The position numbers and the translations under genes are program-made. From Candidatus Saccharimonadota bacterium (GTDB lineage: Bacteria > Patescibacteriota > Saccharimonadia > Saccharimonadales > Saccharimonadaceae): a stretch of DNA of 64,000 nt. The DNA lies in contig WQWN01000003.1 of NCBI GenBank assembly GCA_009785325.1, positions 24,450-88,449 on the forward strand, read 5' to 3'. Below, piece after piece: positions 55,464 through 64,000 of the stretch. The stretch's first letter is position 1. Every line of letters starts with the position of its first letter. The notes beneath the pieces are model-generated. The model was not told the DNA's origin. It did not search any database and was given only the letters and a program-made list of their open reading frames with translations.

Positions 55464-56468
55464 TCAAACCTCACTTTGCCACTTCCATACACCCTCGATC
55501 GCTTCTTCCACTGTCCTCTCCGTTCTCCACCCTAGTTCCTCGCTAGCCCGATCCGCACTCGCATACAACACCGGCACATCCGCACCACCCACTCGTCGCG
55601 CCACCACTTCATATGCCAATTCTCTCCCCACTACATCCGAAAATATCCCAATCATCTCCAAAACCGTCTTCCCCGCCCCTGTACTTAGATTATAAGTCTG
55701 CATCCCCTTCTTCATCTTCCCTAGCGCCGCCAAATGCCCAGATACCACATCCGTAATATGAATATAATCTCGCACACACGTCCCATCAGGCGTCTCATAA
55801 TCATCTCCAAAAACCTTCACTACTCCCAATTTCCCCGCCGCCGATTGCGCGATAAACGGCACTAAGTTATTCGGTACTCCGTTCGGATCTTCTCCGAGCA
55901 ATCCACTCTCATGCGCCCCGATCGGATTAAAATACCTCAAACTCGTCACCTCTACCTCCGCATCCACCATACACCAGTCTCCCAGCACCTGCTCCACCAT
56001 ATATTTCGACCGCCCATACGGACTCGTAATCCCTACTCCTACTCTCGCATCATCCCGAATCGGCAAACTCTCCGGCTCACCATACACAGAAGCCGACGAA
56101 CTAAACACTATTCGCTTCACTCCAAATTTTTTCATTACCATTAGCAAATTTACCGTCCCCGCCACATTTGCTTCGTAGTATTCCAGTGGCTTTTCCATCG
56201 ACTCTCCCACCGCCTTCAACCCCGCAAAGTGCATCACCGCATCAAACTGCCACTCCGCAAAAACCTCTCGCACTCCCTCCGCATCCATCAGATCTACCTG
56301 TCGAAACTCCGGCCTCACACCAGCAATCCTCTTAATCCTATCCAACACTTCCACTTTACTGTTACTTAGATTATCAATCACCACAACTTCATATCCACCC
56401 CGAATCAATTCCACTACCGTATGCGACCCGATATACCCCGTTCCTCCAGTCACTAAAATCCTCTTCAT
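55464..56468 (-). CDS. galE: UDP-glucose 4-epimerase
   Basis: MKRILVTGGTGYIGSH...YGRSKYM...NLSTGAG. The start was chosen 5 nt after the AAGGAG SD. Confidence 0.9.
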   Translation of the reverse strand: MKRILVTGGTGYIGSHTVVELIRGGYEVVVIDNLSNSKVEVLDRIKRIAGVRPEFRQVDLMDAEGVREVFAEWQFDAVMHFAGLKAVGESMEKPLEYYEANVAGTVNLLMVMKKFGVKRIVFSSSASVYGEPESLPIRDDARVGVGITSPYGRSKYMVEQVLGDWCMVDAEVEVTSLRYFNPIGAHESGLLGEDPNGVPNNLVPFIAQSAAGKLGVVKVFGDDYETPDGTCVRDYIHITDVVSGHLAALGKMKKGMQTYNLSTGAGKTVLEMIGIFSDVVGRELAYEVVARRVGGADVPVLYASADRASEELGWRTERTVEEAIEGVWKWQSEV

Positions 56469-56570
56469 CAATTCTCCTTTCATCAATTCCCTTTTGCCAT
56501 ATACCACCATTCTACTACGAATTCCCTCTCAGCGACACACTCACTCTGCCTACCATTTCCGCTCAAACTA

Positions 56571-56579
56571 TGGTATAGT
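56571..56579 (+). promoter_or_regulatory. extended -10 TGGTATAGT 8 nt upstream of the ATG at 56588 (leaderless-type)
   Basis: Seen directly. Confidence 0.5.
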
Positions 56580-56587
56580 ATGTCTCA

Positions 56588-58012
56588 ATGCCAGCCAAAA
56601 ACCACTCTCTATTTTCACTTATACTCGTCCTTAGTGACTTCGTAGTTCTTCTCGCAGCTTTCACCGCTGCCTACATTCTCCGTGTCCAGTTCGACTACCG
56701 CCCCCTCGTCAATGAAATCACCTCCATCGACTACTTCCTATCTTTTCTCGCTATCGTACCCTTTTGGATCATCATTTTTGCCTGCCTCGGCCTATATTCA
56801 CCCTCCACCTACAACCGCCGCTTCTCCTCGCTCACTCGTCTTCTCCTCGGTTGTACCATCGGTATCATGCTCGTCATCACCTGGGAGTACGTCGGCAACA
56901 ACCCAATCTTCCCCGCCCGCCTAGTCGCTGCTTATGCCCTCGTCGCTTCTTTTGTTCTCATCGCCCTCTCCCGTGAACTCACTAAATTCTTACACACTCT
57001 CCTCCATCGCCGCGGTCGCGGCACCGAACGCATCCTTCTTATCGGTTCTTCTCCTATCGCTCGCGATCTTATTGACTCCATTCATGAAAACCCCGACCAC
57101 GAGATCATCGCCGTCACCAGCACCAAAAAACCAAAGGACAAATCCATTAAATATTTCCCCGACACTAGCGCCGCACTTGCCGCTATCAAACGTCTCCGTA
57201 TCAACCACATCATCCAAGCTGACCTCTACGAAAACTCTCTCGCAAACCAGTCTATCCTCGCCGCCAGCCAAAAACATCATATCCGCTACTCTTTCATTCC
57301 TGGCGAACCAGAATTCTACTCAGGCAAAAACACTCTCGACTTCTTTTTCGGATATCCTCGCCTCACCGTCTTCCAAACTCCTCTCGTCGGCTGGAGTGTC
57401 TTTTTCAAACGCGCCTTCGATCTCCTCCTCCTTCTTCTTCTCTCTCCACTCCTACTTCCTCTTTTCCTCCTCCTAGTCATCTGCCAGCGCCTCTTCAACC
57501 CTGGCCCTATCTTCTTCAAACAAACTCGCCTCTCCCGCTACAAAAAACGTTTTCAAGTCTATAAATTCCGCTCTATGAAATCCGAATATTGCGGCCAAGA
57601 CGCTATATCTATCTTCAAAAACATGGGTCGCCCCGACCTCGCCCGTGAATACTCAAAAACCCGCAAAATCAAAAATGACCCACGCATCTCCACTTTCGGT
57701 CGCATCCTCCGCCGCACTTCTCTCGACGAACTCGCCCAGATTCTCAACGTCCTCCGCGGCGAGATGTCTCTCGTCGGCCCCCGTCCCATCCTCCCTGACG
57801 AACTCGAATTTTACAAAAATCGCTCCCCACTCCTCCTTTCCATCAAACCCGGCCTCACTTCACTCGCTTCAGTCTCCGGCCGCAGCACCCTCAGTTTCGA
57901 ACGTCGCGTCAATATCGAGCTTCACTACGCTCAAAACTGGTCATTTCTCCTCGACCTCAAAATTATTGCAAAAACCATCCAAGTTGTCCTCTCTCGTTCA
58001 GGCGCCGAGTAG
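56588..58012 (+). CDS. polyprenyl-phosphate sugar phosphotransferase (WbaP/CpsE-type initiating enzyme)
   Basis: KRAFDLLLLLLLSP...GPIFFKQTRLSRYKKRFQVYKFRSM...DELAQILNVLRGEMSLVGPRP. Confidence 0.85.
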   Translation: MPAKNHSLFSLILVLSDFVVLLAAFTAAYILRVQFDYRPLVNEITSIDYFLSFLAIVPFWIIIFACLGLYSPSTYNRRFSSLTRLLLGCTIGIMLVITWEYVGNNPIFPARLVAAYALVASFVLIALSRELTKFLHTLLHRRGRGTERILLIGSSPIARDLIDSIHENPDHEIIAVTSTKKPKDKSIKYFPDTSAALAAIKRLRINHIIQADLYENSLANQSILAASQKHHIRYSFIPGEPEFYSGKNTLDFFFGYPRLTVFQTPLVGWSVFFKRAFDLLLLLLLSPLLLPLFLLLVICQRLFNPGPIFFKQTRLSRYKKRFQVYKFRSMKSEYCGQDAISIFKNMGRPDLAREYSKTRKIKNDPRISTFGRILRRTSLDELAQILNVLRGEMSLVGPRPILPDELEFYKNRSPLLLSIKPGLTSLASVSGRSTLSFERRVNIELHYAQNWSFLLDLKIIAKTIQVVLSRSGAE

Positions 58013-58369
58013 TTATTCGTCTATATCCAACCCAAAAACACTATCACTCAAAAGTTCCGCTCGAAAAGCGTCCATCCCTACAATCGCTTCTTGCCTGATT
58101 TCAAACAACTCTCGAAACTCCCGCATCACCTCCTCGTTAATCGCCCCAGTTGCTGGAAATTCCCGCTCTCCTTCTCGACTACTTATCGTCACATTTTCTC
58201 TTATATATCCAGGACGACTCAAATCCAACTGCTCCGCTCCACTCTCACGATACAAATGCATACTCAATACCAGCAGCCCACTCGCAATCACCAAACTTAC
58301 TGTCAACATTACCATCAGATTCAATCGCCCACGCCGGATCAGCTTTTTCTCTTTCTTATCCGTTACCAC
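58013..58369 (-). CDS. hypothetical single-pass membrane protein
   Basis: One TM helix (LNLMVMLTVSLVIASGLLVL). It overlaps the upstream ORF by 7 nt. Confidence 0.45.
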   Translation of the reverse strand: MVTDKKEKKLIRRGRLNLMVMLTVSLVIASGLLVLSMHLYRESGAEQLDLSRPGYIRENVTISSREGEREFPATGAINEEVMREFRELFEIRQEAIVGMDAFRAELLSDSVFGLDIDE

Positions 58370-58875
58370 AGCTCCTCCTCGATTCGCGTTAACTCCGCCA
58401 TATACTCCTCCATAATCTGATTCAGCATCGTATAATTAAACCTTACCTCCCCACGCATCCACCGCGCCGCCACTAATTTCTCGTAAAACTCCTCTGGTCG
58501 CCTCGTACAATCAATCGCCAGAAGGTCACTAATCAACCGGTCATAGATGATATAATTCCGCCGAAAATATCCCAAGTTCTCCCGAAAACTCGCCGTGATC
58601 GCCAGTAGATTCCCTGCATCCATCTGATTTTGCGCCAAGCGACTATTCATATTTGTCATCAGTCGCCCCAACACAAACTCATAATTCCTACCAAGCCCCA
58701 CTCGCGTCAGCGCGTCGCTCGTCTGTAGCTGCCTCACATCCAGCCGGATCATCTCACAATTAAATCTCACTAGAGCGATCTTCGACTCCACCACTTGTGC
58801 TGCTCGCGTATCACTCACCAGCAAAACCCCCACCAGAGCCACAAATCCAGCAGTTGTCAGTATCTTCATCATCAT
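58363..58875 (-). CDS. hypothetical secreted protein
   Basis: Signal peptide MMMKILTTAGFVALVGVLLVS. No recognisable family. Confidence 0.45.
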   Translation of the reverse strand: MMMKILTTAGFVALVGVLLVSDTRAAQVVESKIALVRFNCEMIRLDVRQLQTSDALTRVGLGRNYEFVLGRLMTNMNSRLAQNQMDAGNLLAITASFRENLGYFRRNYIIYDRLISDLLAIDCTRRPEEFYEKLVAARWMRGEVRFNYTMLNQIMEEYMAELTRIEEELW

Positions 58876-58934
58876 AACACCTCTTAGTATACGCCAGTTC
58901 CTCTCACCTTAAAACACTCAAAAGCTACAGAGCC

Positions 58935-61853
58935 CTAATACCTACACCGCGCTCGCCGCCAAACCACTCTTCCAAACACTCCAATCACCAACGCCCCCAC
59001 AGCAACTATCAACATCCCCATACTTTCTAGCACTAGCCTACCTCCATGCCCCGTATTTGGCGGCAACGGTACACCAGCGCCAGGTATATCCTCGACATAA
59101 ACAAGCTCCCACTGTGCAAACAACACCACATCCATTCCATATATAACAATAGTATCACCAGGAGAATATATACTTCCACTACCATCAACCTCCATACTCC
59201 ATCCAGTAAAATCATATCCTGGCTTCTCAATCTCAGTAGCAGGTAACGTCAATACTGTATGCCCAGTACCATTTACAAACAGTCCTACTGTATGACTACC
59301 CACACCCCCATTAGCGTCATAAGTCACCCTAAACAGCTCAAATTCATCCTCACTAAGCCCTACGAAGTTAATATCATAATTATTGATGAGATGAACGTAT
59401 CCGCTACCTCCAATGATACTACTGCTGGCAAATTCTATGTTGGTATATGTACCAGCGATAGCTGGAGGATTAAACGCACCTAGCCCCGCACTATTACCAG
59501 AAAACACCGTATCGACGCCTATAGTTAGGTTTTGATAGCAGTCACTAGTTAGATCTGAGTAATCATTACTACCACCCCATCCAAAGCCGTTGAAGTACTC
59601 AGTGAAAATACCTCCGCCTTCACGACCTGCAGAGTTGCCAGCTATATTGCCACCTGAGACATATACGACAGAATACATAGAAACATAAATGCCGCCGCCA
59701 TAAGTAGACGCTATATTATTAGTGATACTGCCATTGTGCATATTGAAGATTCCACCATCGCTGTTCCGCACACCAGCTCCGTGATTTGCGGTATTGCCAC
59801 TGATCTCCCCACCATACATATTAAATGCGCCACCCTCGTCATTCCCTACGCCACTTCCGATATTCTCACTAATCTCACCTCCATACATAGTGAACACTCC
59901 CTCCCAGCCCCCGTTCCATACACCACCAATATTTCCAGTGTTCTCGTTAATCTGACCATCATACATATTAAATATACTTACGTTCCTTACACCTCCACTA
60001 CTACTCCATCCGCTAGCTGTATTCTCACTAATTTCACCTCCATACATAGTGAACACTCCCTCCCAGCCCCCGTTCCATACACCACCGCCAACCTCCCAGC
60101 CAGTAGCGATATTTTCACTAATCTCACCCCCATGCATGGTAAACGTACCCATATAATTCCCTACACCGCCCCCATTTTCCCAGCCACCTCCAGTATTCCC
60201 GGTAATCTCACCATCCCGCATAATAAACGTACCACTATTACTCACGCCTCCACTTTCTCCGGTATTCTCACTAATCTCCCCATCGTACATAGTAAACGTA
60301 CCCCTATTCCCTACACCGCCTCCACCCTCACTACATACTCCAGTATTCCCGATAATCTCACCATCCCGCATAATAAACGTACCACTATTACTCACGCCTC
60401 CACTTTCTCCGGTATTCTCACTAATCTCCCCATCGTACATAGTAAACGTACCCCTATTCCCTACACCACCTCCATTTTCCCAGCTGCCTCCAGTGTTCCC
60501 TCTAATTTCCCCATAATACATAGTAAACATACCCCAGTTAGTCACACCGCCACCGCCATCCCCGTCACTATTCTCATTAATCTCACCACTATACATAGTG
60601 AAAGTACCACTATTTTCTACACCACCCACGCCATTCCTATTAATTTCTCCGTCATACATAGTAAATGTACCCCCGTTAGTCACACCGCCAGCAAAGAATG
60701 AATCCCCCATATTCTCATTAATCTCACCGTCCTTCATAATAAAAGTACCGTCATTTACTACTCCGCCACCCCAATTTCCGATAATTTCACCACTATACAT
60801 AGTAAACTCACCTCTATTCCCTACACCTCCTATCCCACGTCCGCCACTATTTTCACTTATCCTGCCAGCATACATAGTAAATATACTAGTAGCATCATTC
60901 TCTATACCACCAGCGTCATGATCACCATGATTCCTAACGATCTCCCCGCCACGCATAGTAAACGTACTTCCACTAACATTCCTTACGCCACCAGCCGCGT
61001 TGAGGTCATCAGTAATATTACCCGCAATACTACCTCCATACATGGTGAATATACCACCCCAATTCCACACACCACCACCCCACGTAGATCTATTACTGCT
61101 AATCTCACCGCCACGCATAGTAAGCACTCCTCCTCCATTCCATAAACCATGAGCATTACGACTTATCTCACCTCCATATATATTTATTGTGCCACCCTCA
61201 CTCCACACACCATAAGTATTCCGTATAATCTCACCCCCACGCATGACAAAAGTACCACTATTCCGCACACCATACTCACTCCCCCAAATACCTCCTCCAT
61301 CGATCACGCCATCATACATTACAAACACGCCTTCATTCCACACACCATAGCCCCCACCACTTCCACTCCCCCTAATCTCGCCACTCCTCATAGTAAACAC
61401 ACCTCCATCATTCACAGTAACTCCCCTTCTCCTCCAAAGCGTAGGTCCATCTAGCGTAAAGTGTCCATCTACTATAATCTGCAAAGACCAACCCCCAATC
61501 ATACCAATACTAATGCTATGAGTACCCGAAATCGTAATATTTGCCCCATCTGGAATAATTATTGAGGAGGTTGTGTGAATATTGCCTAGTAGCTGTATAT
61601 TTGTAGCTACGGTTCCCGCATCCACGATAGCCTGCTCAAGCTCCGAGAAAGTAGAAACTAGTACAAGAGCTGACGGAGTAATAGATTCATAGGTAGGCTC
61701 AAAAATAGCATCATATTCCGAAGCTATAGCATATTCCGAAAAATCATACACATTGGAAACAATCACCCGCGCCGAAAACGCAAGTACCATAGCAAAAATA
61801 ACCAAAAACGATACCCTACTCATAGAGCCACCAAACCTACTAATCCTTAGCAT
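58935..61853 (-). CDS. large surface protein: ~25 degenerate beta-helix-type repeats (G.F.M..GEI..N), a Listeria-Bacteroides (Flg_new) repeat and an LPxTG-like sorting signal
   Basis: Signal peptide present. The repeats match GGV.N.GTFTMY.GEIS.NTG. FRVTYDANGG...PGYDFTGWS is Flg_new-like. The C-terminus is LPPNTG (rc of 59049-59066), followed by a hydrophobic helix and RRARCRY. The start is ambiguous (61889, 61853 or 61823). Confidence 0.7.
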   Translation of the reverse strand: MLRISRFGGSMSRVSFLVIFAMVLAFSARVIVSNVYDFSEYAIASEYDAIFEPTYESITPSALVLVSTFSELEQAIVDAGTVATNIQLLGNIHTTSSIIIPDGANITISGTHSISIGMIGGWSLQIIVDGHFTLDGPTLWRRRGVTVNDGGVFTMRSGEIRGSGSGGGYGVWNEGVFVMYDGVIDGGGIWGSEYGVRNSGTFVMRGGEIIRNTYGVWSEGGTINIYGGEISRNAHGLWNGGGVLTMRGGEISSNRSTWGGGVWNWGGIFTMYGGSIAGNITDDLNAAGGVRNVSGSTFTMRGGEIVRNHGDHDAGGIENDATSIFTMYAGRISENSGGRGIGGVGNRGEFTMYSGEIIGNWGGGVVNDGTFIMKDGEINENMGDSFFAGGVTNGGTFTMYDGEINRNGVGGVENSGTFTMYSGEINENSDGDGGGGVTNWGMFTMYYGEIRGNTGGSWENGGGVGNRGTFTMYDGEISENTGESGGVSNSGTFIMRDGEIIGNTGVCSEGGGGVGNRGTFTMYDGEISENTGESGGVSNSGTFIMRDGEITGNTGGGWENGGGVGNYMGTFTMHGGEISENIATGWEVGGGVWNGGWEGVFTMYGGEISENTASGWSSSGGVRNVSIFNMYDGQINENTGNIGGVWNGGWEGVFTMYGGEISENIGSGVGNDEGGAFNMYGGEISGNTANHGAGVRNSDGGIFNMHNGSITNNIASTYGGGIYVSMYSVVYVSGGNIAGNSAGREGGGIFTEYFNGFGWGGSNDYSDLTSDCYQNLTIGVDTVFSGNSAGLGAFNPPAIAGTYTNIEFASSSIIGGSGYVHLINNYDINFVGLSEDEFELFRVTYDANGGVGSHTVGLFVNGTGHTVLTLPATEIEKPGYDFTGWSMEVDGSGSIYSPGDTIVIYGMDVVLFAQWELVYVEDIPGAGVPLPPNTGHGGRLVLESMGMLIVAVGALVIGVFGRVVWRRARCRY
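60191..60490 (-). repeat. two near-identical 150-bp tandem units inside the surface-protein gene
   Basis: 60191-60318 and 60341-60468 differ at about 2 positions by direct comparison. Both encode GGVGNRGTFTMYDGEISENTGESGGVSNSGTFIMRDGEI. Confidence 0.85.
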
Positions 61854-61996
61854 TAAAACCTCTTCTCTCGCAGGATTTCGCACACGCACAACAGCTCACA
61901 GCTACGCACGATTACATTTTTATAATATTATTTATTTTGAGAATTCCACGACTCTATACACCAAACATTAGCATACTTCTTACTGAAAGGCAAAAT

Positions 61997-63304
61997 TTAC
62001 GGTGTCAATCTGTTCAAATCTCGTGGGAACAATTGCGCTTCTTTGATATTCGCTAGCCCCATCGTCTTCTGTACTAGTCGATCCACCCCAAAACCACATC
62101 CACCATGCATCGGCAGCCCAAACCTAAACGCCTGCAAATAGTATTTATATCCGGGCTTCTCTACATCCAGCCCTGCCGCTTTCATCTGCTCGATCATCTT
62201 CTCGTAGTTATTCTCTCGCAAAGGACATGTCGCAATTTCGAGACCTCGATACAGCAGATCCGCCCACATCGTCACACCTCTCTCCGCATCTACCTTGTGA
62301 TAAAACTTCGCCGCTTCAATCGGAAATTCCGTCGCAAACACCAGATCACTCCCTAGTTCCTTCCGCGCATATTCACAAATAAACCTCTCTTCATCTGGTG
62401 TCAAATCTTTCTCGCCAATCGTATCTGTTCCCGTCTTTTTTGTATACATCTCATGGATCTCCGCAATCGTAAACTCCGGAATTTCATCTGTCAATTTTAG
62501 CTCGGGCGCCTGCAAACTCTTCAGCTCTTCTGCATACTTCTCATATGTCTCTCTGAGCACAAACTTCGTCATATCTCCCACCATCTTCCTCACCTCCGCA
62601 TGATCCTTCACAAACCCCATCTCAATATCTAACATCGTCAATTCCGTCACGTGCCGCGTCGTCGCACTCGGCTCTGCCCGATACGCATGCCCGATCTCAA
62701 ACACCCGCTCAAAAGCCCCCACCATGATCTGTTTATAAAATTGTGGACTCTGCGCCAACGTCGCTTCTTTTCCGAAATAATCCAGCGTAAACACTTCCGC
62801 TCCACCCTCCGTCGCTGCTCCGAGAAGTTTCGGCGTATCAATTTCCACAAATTCTTTATCAATCAAAAATTCACGAATCTTCTGCGTCATCCCCGCACGG
62901 ATCTTAAAGATTTTCTGCTCCTGCAAGTTTCGCACGTTCAACACTCGCGTCTCAAACAGCGTATCTAAATGCTCCGGTTTGTGACTGATCGGCTTATCGA
63001 TCTCAATGATCGGCTCCTCCGTCACTGATGCCAACACCTCCACTTTCACATCGTGCAGTTCCACTCCACCAGGCGCCCGCGCATCTTCACACACTTTACC
63101 CGTAAACTCCACTACCGTGCCTATCTGCATCCCACGCAATTTTTCCATTTCGTCTTTATCTTCGATTAGCGACTGTACCAGTCCACTCCTATCTCGCACT
63201 GAGATAAAGTTCAACCCTCCTAGCAGCCTCTTCTTATGCAACCACCCCTGCACACTTACTTCCTTGCCGACTTTCTCAGCTAGCTCTCGTACTAATGTCC
63301 TCAT
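61997..63304 (-). CDS. aspS: aspartate--tRNA ligase, archaeal/type-2 form (possibly non-discriminating)
   Basis: Class IIb motifs are present: FEIGHAYRAEPSATTRHVTELTMLDIEM, GLPMHGGCGFGVDRL and the C-terminal LFPRDLNRLTP. It is 435 aa. Confidence 0.8.
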   Translation of the reverse strand: MRTLVRELAEKVGKEVSVQGWLHKKRLLGGLNFISVRDRSGLVQSLIEDKDEMEKLRGMQIGTVVEFTGKVCEDARAPGGVELHDVKVEVLASVTEEPIIEIDKPISHKPEHLDTLFETRVLNVRNLQEQKIFKIRAGMTQKIREFLIDKEFVEIDTPKLLGAATEGGAEVFTLDYFGKEATLAQSPQFYKQIMVGAFERVFEIGHAYRAEPSATTRHVTELTMLDIEMGFVKDHAEVRKMVGDMTKFVLRETYEKYAEELKSLQAPELKLTDEIPEFTIAEIHEMYTKKTGTDTIGEKDLTPDEERFICEYARKELGSDLVFATEFPIEAAKFYHKVDAERGVTMWADLLYRGLEIATCPLRENNYEKMIEQMKAAGLDVEKPGYKYYLQAFRFGLPMHGGCGFGVDRLVQKTMGLANIKEAQLFPRDLNRLTP

Positions 63305-63450
63305 GATTCTCTCCTAATTTTAAGTCTGATTCTTTGGCTTTTGTCTCGGCTAATTATGGGTCGTTCGTCACTAGTCCGCCGCCTAGCGACCGACCCCGCA
63401 ATTTCTATCGTTATTTTGCCAAAAAAATCTCATGACCACATCATACTATA

Positions 63451-63843
63451 TTAGTGTAATTTCTTCCACTCCCGATCCCACTTCCGCACCACTCCGAACA
63501 CCATCTTCATTTCTTTTAGATAATCGTTATCCATCACTCTCCCCACCTCCTTCAGATCATCCTTCATTTTCCGCTTAATTACCTCTAGTTCTTTGTCACT
63601 CGCATAGAACATCCTCTGTCCACCATACATCATCCACCCATAATACTTGTTCTCCCACCACTCATCATGCCAAAACACAGTTCTCGGCTGCCTTGCACCT
63701 ATGTTATCCCAGATCAACTTCTCCAGTACAGGAATCAAGTCGTCCAGTTCCTTCTTTAATTCCTCTGTGTATTCTCTCTCGAAATTAAACCCAATCGTTA
63801 ACCGCGCTTTTTTGCACGGACTCTTTTTCATTTTCTTCTTCAT
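63451..63843 (-). CDS. hypothetical protein (130 aa, Trp/Lys-rich)
   Basis: ORF after an AAAGGAGAG SD. No recognisable family. Confidence 0.45.
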   Translation of the reverse strand: MKKKMKKSPCKKARLTIGFNFEREYTEELKKELDDLIPVLEKLIWDNIGARQPRTVFWHDEWWENKYYGWMMYGGQRMFYASDKELEVIKRKMKDDLKEVGRVMDNDYLKEMKMVFGVVRKWDREWKKLH

Positions 63844-63904
63844 AATCTCTCCTTTGAAATTGAGCAGTTTTCGACATACTCAGGTCGCGATAGTGTATTC
63901 TCAA

Positions 63905-64000
63905 CTACCTCTTCCAACTCCCACGCACTCCCCATCCAAAGTTCACCCTCACTCGCCTCAAGTTCTCATCATTCAACCGTCGCTGCAGCTCTTTAAACTG
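63905..64000 (-). CDS. C-terminal end of an unknown CDS entering from beyond the window
   Basis: The open frame ...QFKELQRRLNDENLRRVRVNFGWGVRGSWKR* uses the G-ending codons typical of minus-strand genes. Confidence 0.25.
   Translation of the reverse strand, partial: QFKELQRRLNDENLRRVRVNFGWGVRGSWKR

Noticed and set aside
59700-61200. Regular ~75/150-bp periodicity that might suggest a CRISPR array or satellite.
   Set aside because: The periodicity lies entirely inside one long ORF and encodes the G.F.M..GEI..N protein repeat. There is no spacer/repeat alternation and no cas genes.
63305-63450. Possible T-box riboswitch upstream of aspS.
   Set aside because: The region is too short (~145 nt). 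I found no T-box consensus (AAUUAGGGUGGUACCGCG-like) and no terminator/antiterminator pair.
1-64000. Replication origin or terminus within the window.
   Set aside because: The C-over-G bias keeps the same sign throughout, apart from short islands. No dnaA/dnaN genes were seen, and no skew switch was seen.

Overview
This 64-kb window is a gene-dense chromosomal segment with about 62 protein genes, one tRNA-Asn, and no rRNA or CRISPR array. The envelope genes look monoderm-type. The small, patchy gene set is reminiscent of Patescibacteria/CPR, but that is inference only.

Housekeeping genes include lepA, def, murJ, pfkA, ftsH, tilS, recX, ruvA/ruvC, murC, glmS, galE, aspS, an ABC-F ATPase, rubrerythrin and pduL. 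They are interleaved with a large Wzm/Wzt ABC-transporter-dependent glycan locus (about 35.9-58 kb) that carries several fused glycosyltransferases. Surface proteins include two RCC1-repeat paralogs, a lamin-tail-domain protein and a 970-aa beta-helix-repeat protein with an LPxTG-like signal.

The most unusual signals are:
1. An extreme replication-type strand bias. The + strand is C-rich and G-poor regardless of gene orientation, so + and - strand genes use opposite codon sets.
2. Short in-frame inserts that break this bias inside conserved genes (lepA, tilS twice, ABC-F, O-antigen-ligase-like). They share sequence words and a hairpin, and resemble RPE/MITE-like coding insertions.
3. lepA (EF4) split into two ORFs 3.7 kb apart.
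4. Widespread leaderless-type promoters, with TAnAAT 6-9 nt before the ATG.
5. Several small islands of unbiased composition encoding unknown proteins, including one next to tRNA-Asn.

Insert boundaries and some start codons are approximate (about +/-10 nt). No database search was possible.
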